NCBI GenBank assembly: GCA_965662705.1
Contig: CBFIIP010000090.1
Location: forward strand, 9,163-73,162
Direction: 5' to 3'
Length of the DNA: 64,000 nucleotides
Origin: Flavobacteriaceae bacterium
Lineage (GTDB): Bacteria; Bacteroidota; Bacteroidia; Flavobacteriales; Flavobacteriaceae
A program made the position numbers and the translations under genes. Positions 1 to 7,217 of this stretch are shown here, piece after piece. Under the pieces are notes generated by a model. The model saw nothing but the letters and a program-made list of their open reading frames with translations. It made no database searches and was not told the DNA's origin. The first letter of the stretch is position 1. Each line of letters starts with the position of its first letter.

Positions 1-218
1 TTCAACCCAATCGGACTACTGCCATGAAAGACGTATGGATGTTTCCCAGACTGTATTTCCAGATAGAGGGCTTTAAATAAAAGATAAAAGGAATATATCG
101 GAACCTTGGTTCGGATATTTATGAGTTGTCTTTAATTACTTGAGTTTTCTCCTTCTAGATAATGAAAATAAGATAGCCCATGTTTTCATTTTATTCAAAA
201 TATGAAAATATAAATTTA

Positions 219-226
219 TATGTTTG
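219..226 (+). promoter_or_regulatory. candidate Bacteroidetes-type -7 promoter box (TATGTTTG)
   Basis: Exact match to the TAnnTTTG -7 consensus of Bacteroidetes sigma-A promoters, 23 nt upstream of the ATG at 250 that opens the Fic reading frame. Confidence 0.4.
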
Positions 227-384
227 CATTATTTTATAATTTCAAAATTATGGATTTATAAGATTTCATTTCAGGAAAGTATATTAAACAAATAGAATAT
301 AAATCATTCTCTCCTGAAAAAATCAATCACGAATGGATCGTTTCAACCCCCGAAGTAAATAAACTACTCGCAAAAGCAAATCGG

Positions 385-1401
385 TTGATCGGAGAGTTAA
401 ACGCATACTCTCAAATAATTCCTGATGTGGACTTCTTCATTACAATGCATATTCTTAAAGAGGCTACAACATCAAGTAGAATTGAAGGAACCAAAACTAA
501 CATGGAAGAAGCTCTTGTGAAAGAAGAAGACATTAAACCTGAAAAAAGAGATGACTGGGCTGAAGTTCAAAATTATATAAAAGCAATTAATACCTCTATT
601 GAAGAATTAGAAAAGCTTCCTATTTCGAACAGGTTAATTAAAAACACACATAGAACACTTTTATCAGGTGTTAGAGGAAAGGATAAAATCCCAGGCGAAT
701 TTCGGACAAGTCAAAACTGGATTGGAGCTACATTAAAAGACGCAATTTTCATACCCCCTCATCATTCTGAAGTTATAGAGCTAATGAGTGATTTAGAAAA
801 GTTTATTAATGAGGATGAATATCACGTTCCTCATTTAATTAAAATAGCTATTGTACATTATCAATTTGAAACAGTCCACCCGTTCCTTGATGGAAACGGT
901 AGATTAGGTAGATTACTTATTACTCTCTACTTGGTAAGTAATAATGTATTAAAGAAACCTTCTCTTTACTTGTCTGACTTCTTTGAAAAAAACAAAGGCT
1001 ACTATTATGACAACTTAACGACGGTTCGTTTAACAAGTAATCTAACTCAATGGATTAAATTCTTCTTAGTTGGTGTAATAGAAACATCAAAAGAATCCAT
1101 CCAAGTATTTAAAGATATTATTGCTTTAAAAACAGATATTGAGACTAAACGATTACCAACATTAGGAAGCAAAGTAGAAAAAGCACAATTGTTATTAAAA
1201 CAACTATTTCAAGTTCCCATTACAGATTACAAACAGTTCTCAGAGCTTTTACAGATTTCTCCTTCAACAGCCAACAGACTCATTAAAGATTTAATTGAAC
1301 TCAACATCTTGTCTGAACTAACTGGTTATAAACGAAATAGAAAATATATGTTCCGAGAATATTTCAGAATATTTCACAGCGAACTAGAAAATAAAAACTA
1401 A
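385..1401 (+). CDS. Fic family protein (class II, auto-inhibited AMPylase-type)
   Basis: Fic active-site motif HPFLDGNGRLGR (HxFx[DE]GNGRxxR). The inhibitory-helix motif SSRIEG ([ST]xxxE[GN]) lies N-terminal to it. The C-terminal tail is winged-helix-like. Coordinates follow the ORF track (TTG start), but the frame stays open back to 262 and still looks like the conserved Fic N-terminus, so the start is uncertain (see finding at 250..384). Confidence 0.85.
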   Translation: MIGELNAYSQIIPDVDFFITMHILKEATTSSRIEGTKTNMEEALVKEEDIKPEKRDDWAEVQNYIKAINTSIEELEKLPISNRLIKNTHRTLLSGVRGKDKIPGEFRTSQNWIGATLKDAIFIPPHHSEVIELMSDLEKFINEDEYHVPHLIKIAIVHYQFETVHPFLDGNGRLGRLLITLYLVSNNVLKKPSLYLSDFFEKNKGYYYDNLTTVRLTSNLTQWIKFFLVGVIETSKESIQVFKDIIALKTDIETKRLPTLGSKVEKAQLLLKQLFQVPITDYKQFSELLQISPSTANRLIKDLIELNILSELTGYKRNRKYMFREYFRIFHSELENKN

Positions 1402-1413
1402 AGACAACAAGGT

Positions 1414-1447
1414 GTATAGTGCATACCCGTAGGGATACGCACCATAC
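1414..1447 (+). terminator. imperfect GC-containing hairpin directly after the Fic stop (possible terminator or RNA-stability element)
   Basis: GTATAGTGCATACCC-gta-GGGATACGCACCATAC pairs by hand over about 13 bp, with one bulge and two mismatches. No U-tract follows, so intrinsic-terminator function is uncertain. Confidence 0.3.
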
Positions 1448-1528
1448 CCAAACTGTTAGTAAACATTTTGAAAACACCTATTAACACTTGATAAAATTGT
1501 TTTAACTAAATAATTTAAAAGCCAAAAG

Positions 1529-1536
1529 TAAATTTG
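1529..1536 (+). promoter_or_regulatory. candidate -7 promoter box (TAAATTTG)
   Basis: Exact TAnnTTTG match, 25 nt upstream of the ATG at 1562. Confidence 0.4.
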
Positions 1537-1561
1537 CAGAAAAAACAAATAAATTAAAAAA

Positions 1562-2731
1562 ATGAAACTAATAACTTTATTTTTATCACTCATTATTTCT
1601 ATTCATTTAAATGCACAAATAGCGGAAATCCCTTTTGAGTTAAAAAATGGTTTAATCCTACTTGATGTTAATGTTAATGACAATACTGAAGCGAATACTT
1701 TTATATTTGACACTGGAGCCACATCAGATTTACTGGACTCTACCTCTGCAGATAAGCTAGGATTAGAGGCAAATTATAAACATGATGTTTCGGGTGCTGG
1801 TGGAACAAAATCTTATGATATTATCCTAAATCAAAAATTGAAGCTTCAAAATAAAATTGAAATCAATAATACCAATTTAGTACTTACTGATTTGACTAAG
1901 TTAAAAGATAGACTCGAGAGGAATTTTGATGGAATTATTGGCTATAGTCTGCTCAAGAAATACATTACAAAAATTGATTATGAAAATCAGAAGATGCTTT
2001 TATATAATAAGATTGAAAATACAGATACTACTGGGTATAAAGCTATTAATTTTGAATTTGAAAATGGAATTCCAATCCCTCAATTCGACATTTCTATTAC
2101 TCTAAGAAACGGAGAGACATATACTGATAAAATTTTATTTGACAATGGGGCAGGCCTAACATTACTTATAAACACACCTTATAACGAAGAATATAAATTA
2201 AATAAAAAAGCTGGCAAAAGTCTAATTTCAAAATCTGAAAACTTACACGGAGAATCTATTTCCGAAGATATCGCAATTCAATCAATGAATCTCGGCGGAT
2301 ATGAATTGAATGAGATGGTTGTTTCAATAGCACACGATAAAAATGGAGTTAGTAGTTATGAGAACTACTTAGGTATATTAGGAGCAAAAGTAATCAGTAG
2401 ATTTAATATAGTTTTAGATTATTCATCCTCTACACTATACTTAAAGCCTAATAATACATTTAGCAAATCATTTGAATTTCCACTTAGCGGAATTAAACTT
2501 AAAAAGGTTGATGACAATATTATAGTAGATAGAATTGAGAAAACAAGTTCAGCATATAAACAAGGAATTAGAAAAGGAGATAAACTGATTTCTGTAAATA
2601 AAGATTCTTCAGGAGACATTATAGCCTTTAGAGAGTTTTTAAAAAAAGAAGGTGATAATATTTATCTAACAATTATTAATTCAAAAGGAGAAACAAAAAA
2701 AATAAAATTTAAATTAAAAAAGTTATTATAA
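1562..2731 (+). CDS. secreted aspartyl protease with two retropepsin-like lobes and a C-terminal PDZ domain
   Basis: Signal peptide MKLITLFLSLIISIHLNAQ. Two catalytic-loop motifs, FDTGAT (lobe 1) and FDNGAG (lobe 2). The C-terminus is PDZ-like (GIKLKKVDDNIIVDRIEKTSSAYKQGIRKGDKLISVN). Confidence 0.75.
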   Translation: MKLITLFLSLIISIHLNAQIAEIPFELKNGLILLDVNVNDNTEANTFIFDTGATSDLLDSTSADKLGLEANYKHDVSGAGGTKSYDIILNQKLKLQNKIEINNTNLVLTDLTKLKDRLERNFDGIIGYSLLKKYITKIDYENQKMLLYNKIENTDTTGYKAINFEFENGIPIPQFDISITLRNGETYTDKILFDNGAGLTLLINTPYNEEYKLNKKAGKSLISKSENLHGESISEDIAIQSMNLGGYELNEMVVSIAHDKNGVSSYENYLGILGAKVISRFNIVLDYSSSTLYLKPNNTFSKSFEFPLSGIKLKKVDDNIIVDRIEKTSSAYKQGIRKGDKLISVNKDSSGDIIAFREFLKKEGDNIYLTIINSKGETKKIKFKLKKLL

Positions 2732-2800
2732 AACGTTTGCTAACAATGTGAAAAAATAATAGCAGTTCAATCGTAAAAACCAAAGTAAGTAAATATAATA

Positions 2801-2864
2801 AAGGGCAGTACAAATCTGAAAAGTTAGCGTTTCAAGACCCGCTACTATTCTTATACTGACCCTT
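2801..2864. terminator. long-range hairpin between convergent genes (possible bidirectional terminator)
   Basis: AAGGGCAGTA (2801..2810) is complementary to TACTG-A-CCCTT (2854..2864) with one bulge, and an inner AGCG/CGCT stem is present. T-rich sequence follows on both strands. Weak. Confidence 0.25.
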
Positions 2865-2869
2865 GCCTT

Positions 2870-3286
2870 TTAGTGTGGAAGTTTAGAATGCATCAATCCA
2901 TAAACAAAGGTGCCAAGGGTGGCCGACAGTATCACCACGATGATGGGTAAGAACCCGGCTCCCAAAATGGAAAACATGGGTCCGGGACAAGCCCCTGAAA
3001 TGGCCCAGCCTGAACCAAAAATGATCCCACCGTATAAATAGCGCTTCCAACCCCTTTCTTTGTCTGCAATCTCAATAGGGGATCCGCTCAGAATAGATTT
3101 TACCTTTAATTTTTTAATGATAAATGTGATGATGGCACCCAGAAAAACGGCTGTTCCAATGACGCCATACATGTGAAAGGAATTGAATTGAAACATTTCA
3201 TAGATCCTAAACCATGAGGATACTTCAGACATATAGAGTGTGATTCCGAAGAGCGTTCCGATCAAAAAACACAAGATAATATTCAT
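2870..3286 (-). CDS. YeeE/YedE family sulfur-compound transporter, C-terminal half-protein
   Basis: Multi-pass membrane protein with the conserved GACPGP motif. I trimmed the ORF-track start (3424) to the ATG at 3286, which lies 8 nt after the stop of the upstream YeeE-like gene. Confidence 0.75.
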   Translation of the reverse strand: MNIILCFLIGTLFGITLYMSEVSSWFRIYEMFQFNSFHMYGVIGTAVFLGAIITFIIKKLKVKSILSGSPIEIADKERGWKRYLYGGIIFGSGWAISGACPGPMFSILGAGFLPIIVVILSATLGTFVYGLMHSKLPH

Positions 3287-3294
3287 AAATATAG

Positions 3295-3861
3295 TTAATA
3301 GTTGAACAAGAAAGGAAGGACGAAATGATTGACCAAGAGCCCACCGATAAAGAAGCCGATTACGGCAATTAAAGAGGGCCACTGTAAATTGGACAAGCCC
3401 GAAATAGCATGACCGGAGGTACACCCCCCTGCATATCGAGTGCCAAAGCCCACCAAAAAACCACCCACGACCAGCAGGAGAAGGATGTATGGATCGCTAA
3501 AAGCAGCATTTGAAAACAGCAATTCAGGGGCAAAGCTTTCGCCTGCATCTGCAATGCCCATGGCTGCCAATTGATCAATCGTTTCGGGGGTGAGCGCAAC
3601 AGCTTTGGTGGTGGTGATGTAATTTGAGGCAATAAAACCGCCAGCGATGACGCCGAGCGATACAATCAAATTCCACTGTTGGGCTTTCCAATCAAATTGA
3701 AAAAAAGAGGCTTTTTTCCCCGCGCCCATCATCGAGCAGAGGGTGCGAAGGTTGGAGGACATCCCAAAGGACTTACCGATCCAAAGAAGTAAAAAAAGCA
3801 CAAGGGCGATCATAAAGCCTCCGAAATACCAGGGCCAAGGTTGGGTCAAAAAGTCAATCAT
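3295..3861 (-). CDS. YeeE/YedE family sulfur-compound transporter, N-terminal half-protein
   Basis: Hydrophobic protein with the GGCTSGHAISG motif typical of the sulphur-transport (YeeE/YedE) domain. It starts 1 nt after the upstream gene's stop. Confidence 0.8.
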   Translation of the reverse strand: MIDFLTQPWPWYFGGFMIALVLFLLLWIGKSFGMSSNLRTLCSMMGAGKKASFFQFDWKAQQWNLIVSLGVIAGGFIASNYITTTKAVALTPETIDQLAAMGIADAGESFAPELLFSNAAFSDPYILLLLVVGGFLVGFGTRYAGGCTSGHAISGLSNLQWPSLIAVIGFFIGGLLVNHFVLPFLFNY

Positions 3862-3862
3862 A

Positions 3863-5278
3863 TCAAGAGCTTATGGTGGTTGGACAAATGTAGTTTGAAA
3901 GTTCGATATTTGTTTCCTTGATGGCTTTAAAACCGCCTTTAACATCCACCAAATGGTGAATCCCTCTCTTCTTGAGTATGGAGGCTGCAATCACCGATCG
4001 GTACCCTCCGGCACAATGCACATAAAAAGTTTCCTTTTCGGGGAATTGATTCAAATGATCGTTGAGAAAATCCAAAGGGGTATTCTGTGCAGTAGGTATG
4101 CGTTCTGAAATGTATTCGCTTTCCTTTCGGACATCATAAACTGCTACCTTTTTTTCTTTGATCAATCCTTCCAATTCGACTGCATCAATTCCACTGATAA
4201 TATCATATTCTTTTCCAGCTTTTTTCCATGCTTCAAACCCCCCTTTGAGATACCCCAGCGTTTGGTCAAAGCCAACCCGGGACAATCGCGTTATCGTTTC
4301 TTCTTCCCTCCCGCTTGGTGCGATGATCAATAGGGGTTGATTGACATCCCCGATCAAAGCACCGACCCAAGGGGCAAAACCACCGTCGAGTCCGATGAAT
4401 ATGGATTGAGGGACATGGCCATTGACAAAGTCATTCTGATGCCTTACATCGATGATGATGGCTCCCGTTTCATTGGCCAAACTTTCGAAAGCCACTGGCG
4501 CTAAGCCCTTCAAACCGCGGTCGAGTACTTCTCCTATGTCGTCATAGCCGGATTTGTTCATCTTTACATTCAAAGGAAAATATTGTGGGGGTGGTAACAA
4601 GCCATCGGTTACTTCCTCAATGAATTCCTCTCTGGTCATGTCTGCTCTTAAGGCATAATTCATTTTTTTCTGGTTGCCCAAGCTGTCAACCGTTACCTTC
4701 ATCATGTTTTTCCCACAAGCAGATCCGGCGCCGTGAGCAGGGTAAACCGTTACATCATCCGGCAAGGGCATGATTTTGTTTCTAAGGCTATCGAAAAGCA
4801 TACCGGCCAAAGCTTCCTGTGTGATTTCTTCGGCTTTTTGGGCAAGATCGGGACGGCCAACATCCCCTAAAAACAGGGTATCCCCACTAAAAATAGCGAT
4901 TTCTTTTCCCGAATGATCCTTAAGCAGATAGGTAGTACTCTCCATGGTATGTCCAGGTGTATGAAGCGCAATGATGGTTCCGTTTCCGAGAGGAAATGCT
5001 TGTCTATCCTCCGCGATGAGGGCTTCAAAATCTGGATTGGCATTGGGCCCATAGATGATGGGTGCAGCTGTTTCTTTGGACAGGGTGAGGTGACCGCTTA
5101 CAAAATCGGCATGGAAATGGGTTTCAAAAATGTATTTGATTGTTGCCTTGTTCTTTTTGGCTTTTTCCAGATAGGGGGTGACTTCTCTGAGCGGGTCGAT
5201 GATGGCGACTTCTCCCTCGCTCTCGATATAGTAAGCCCCTTGGGCCAAACATCCGGTGTAAATCTGTTCTACTTTCAT
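3863..5278 (-). CDS. MBL-fold persulfide-dioxygenase-like enzyme fused to two rhodanese domains
   Basis: N-terminal metallo-beta-lactamase motif THFHADF(VSGH). Two rhodanese-like modules follow. The last carries the catalytic CxxxxR loop (HCAGGYRS); the middle one has APSGR at the equivalent place. Confidence 0.8.
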   Translation of the reverse strand: MKVEQIYTGCLAQGAYYIESEGEVAIIDPLREVTPYLEKAKKNKATIKYIFETHFHADFVSGHLTLSKETAAPIIYGPNANPDFEALIAEDRQAFPLGNGTIIALHTPGHTMESTTYLLKDHSGKEIAIFSGDTLFLGDVGRPDLAQKAEEITQEALAGMLFDSLRNKIMPLPDDVTVYPAHGAGSACGKNMMKVTVDSLGNQKKMNYALRADMTREEFIEEVTDGLLPPPQYFPLNVKMNKSGYDDIGEVLDRGLKGLAPVAFESLANETGAIIIDVRHQNDFVNGHVPQSIFIGLDGGFAPWVGALIGDVNQPLLIIAPSGREEETITRLSRVGFDQTLGYLKGGFEAWKKAGKEYDIISGIDAVELEGLIKEKKVAVYDVRKESEYISERIPTAQNTPLDFLNDHLNQFPEKETFYVHCAGGYRSVIAASILKKRGIHHLVDVKGGFKAIKETNIELSNYICPTTISS

Positions 5279-5290
5279 CTTACATTATCA

Positions 5291-7009
5291 TTACAGGTTA
5301 TTTTGATTTGAAATTCGCTTTTCTATTTTTGGAGTTTCCTCTCCTTGGATATGTTTGATTGCTGTTTTCAAATTAGAGAAAAAATTTCTTTTACCAATGA
5401 TTTTAACCAAGCCATCACGGTAAAAAATATCCCTAAGCGGTCCGATGGCTTTGACCCATATCACGGTAATGTTTTTTTGTTGAAGATCCTGAATCCAGTT
5501 TTCTAGGGTGTTGGAGGCACTGGCGTCAATATAGTTGATGGGACCGGCATCAATCACCAGAAACTTGACTTCGTTTTTTTGTTCCGCTATATGTTCTGCG
5601 ATATGCTTTTTAAAATAGGCATGGTTTCCAAAAAACAGTTGTCCATCGAAACGGATGATCAATACCCCGGGAAAGGTTTCTACTTCATCAGAAAACCGCA
5701 AGACATTCCTAAAACGGGAGGTACCCTTTATCCTCCCCAAAACAGCAATATGGGGCTGGGATGTCCGGTAGATCATCAATGAAAGAGCGATCAAGGTTCC
5801 CAGCAGAATTCCCTCTTGGATCCCCATAATCAAGGTGATAGCAAACGTAAAAAGCAAGACGAAGAACTCATCTCTGTGGGTTTTCCACAATTTGTAAGCG
5901 TATTTTAAATCAATGAGTTTGATAACAGCAGCAAGGATAATCGCTCCGAGTACAGCCTTGGGAAGGTAGTAAAACCAATCGGTCAAAAACAGCAAAGTCA
6001 AGGCGACCACCACAGCGCTGATCAATGCGGCGATTCCGGTTTGAGCACCCGATTCGTGATTGACTGCGGTTCTGGAAAAACCTCCAGTAGTAGGGTAGGA
6101 TTGAAAAATAGAACCTACAATATTGGCTGTGCCTAGGGCGATCAGTTCCTGATTGGAATCAACCGTTTCTTTTTTTTCCTTAAGCTCAATGCTCTTGGCG
6201 ATCGAAATGGCTTCCAAAAAGGCAACCAATGCCAATGTCAATGCCATGGGTAGCAGCTGATAGATCTCATCTAAAGAGATGGCTTGCAACTTAATCGGGG
6301 GCAAACCTTCAGGGACAAAGCCCAGCACTTTGACCCCTTGATCATTCCAGTTCAGTTGAGCGGTCAACAGGGTGGTAGTGATCACCACCACCAATGCTGC
6401 CGGGATTTTATTTGAAAAATACTTGATGATAAAAATCAGTGTAATACTGCCTAAGGTAATCAGCAAAGTGAACCAGTGGATTTGATCGCTGGTTTGCCAA
6501 AGCGATTGAACCGTTTTTTGAATCAAACTGTGGGAAGGAAGATCAATGCCAATGACATGTTTGAGTTGGCTTAAGCCAATGATTATTGCTGCTGCAGATG
6601 TAAAGCCACTGATCACGGGTCGGGATAAAAAATTAACCAAGAACCCAAACTTTAAGAGTCCCAAAAAAACTTGAATTAACCCCATGAACAAAGCCAAGAA
6701 AATGGCGAGTGAAATGTAATGATTGGTATCCAACACAACCATGGTGTTTAATGCGGTAGCGACCAAAAGAGAATCCATGGCTACCGGCCCAACAGCCAAA
6801 TGACGAGAACTGCCCATAAATGCGTAAACCATTTGAGGAAAAATAGCGGCATACAAACCATATACTGGAGGAAGTCCAGCAATCATAGCGTAGGCCATCC
6901 CCTGTGGAATTAGCATTACCCCTACGGTAATCCCTGCCGATAAATCGCCTTTAAACAGATCCGAATCGTAATTTTTAATCCACTCCAAAAAGGGAAAGTA
7001 CCCTCTCAT
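5291..7009 (-). CDS. SulP family anion transporter with C-terminal STAS domain
   Basis: 572 aa. The N-terminus GDLSAGITVGVMLIPQGMAYAMIAGLPPVYGLYAA is typical of SulP, many TM segments follow, and the tail is STAS-like (LVIDAGPINYIDASASNTL). Confidence 0.85.
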   Translation of the reverse strand: MRGYFPFLEWIKNYDSDLFKGDLSAGITVGVMLIPQGMAYAMIAGLPPVYGLYAAIFPQMVYAFMGSSRHLAVGPVAMDSLLVATALNTMVVLDTNHYISLAIFLALFMGLIQVFLGLLKFGFLVNFLSRPVISGFTSAAAIIIGLSQLKHVIGIDLPSHSLIQKTVQSLWQTSDQIHWFTLLITLGSITLIFIIKYFSNKIPAALVVVITTTLLTAQLNWNDQGVKVLGFVPEGLPPIKLQAISLDEIYQLLPMALTLALVAFLEAISIAKSIELKEKKETVDSNQELIALGTANIVGSIFQSYPTTGGFSRTAVNHESGAQTGIAALISAVVVALTLLFLTDWFYYLPKAVLGAIILAAVIKLIDLKYAYKLWKTHRDEFFVLLFTFAITLIMGIQEGILLGTLIALSLMIYRTSQPHIAVLGRIKGTSRFRNVLRFSDEVETFPGVLIIRFDGQLFFGNHAYFKKHIAEHIAEQKNEVKFLVIDAGPINYIDASASNTLENWIQDLQQKNITVIWVKAIGPLRDIFYRDGLVKIIGKRNFFSNLKTAIKHIQGEETPKIEKRISNQNNL

Positions 7010-7026
7010 CGTATTGATTTATAACT

Positions 7027-7034
7027 CAAAAATA
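7027..7034 (-). promoter_or_regulatory. candidate -7 promoter box (TATTTTTG on minus strand) for the SulP operon
   Basis: The reverse complement of CAAAAATA is an exact TAnnTTTG match, 17 nt upstream of the sulP-like ATG at 7009. Confidence 0.4.
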
Positions 7035-7217
7035 CGTTTCCTTTGAGGAATTAAAGTTAATTTAGTTTAACAATTTGAATCTCGACTAATTTGTTTTTTG
7101 ACTAAGGGAGAAATAAAAATTTCTTTATTCATCTATTTTGATTTATGCTTGTATTATAAAAAACTCCTTTTTTTGTTAAACTTATACTTATCATCCAAGT
7201 CTAACGAATAAACGCAA

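Noticed and set aside
1-80. Open frame running off the left edge and ending at TAA 78..80 (…QPNRTTAMKDVWMFPRLYFQIEGFK), followed by a 5+5-bp hairpin at about 94..118.
   Set aside because: Only 25 codons are visible and I recognise no motif, so I cannot tell whether it is the 3' end of a real gene.
3369-3665. 98-aa ORF overlapping the YeeE-like gene in another frame, and the 5' extension of ORF 2870..3424.
   Set aside because: Both overlap the motif-bearing YeeE frame. The downstream half-protein has a sensible ATG at 3286, right after the upstream stop.
7010-7217. Checked the leaders of the three TonB-type receptor genes and of ribE/panC-type genes for cobalamin, FMN or other riboswitch cores.
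   Set aside because: No conserved riboswitch core strings (such as a B12 box) or long structured leaders were seen. Most of these genes start within 60 nt of the upstream gene.
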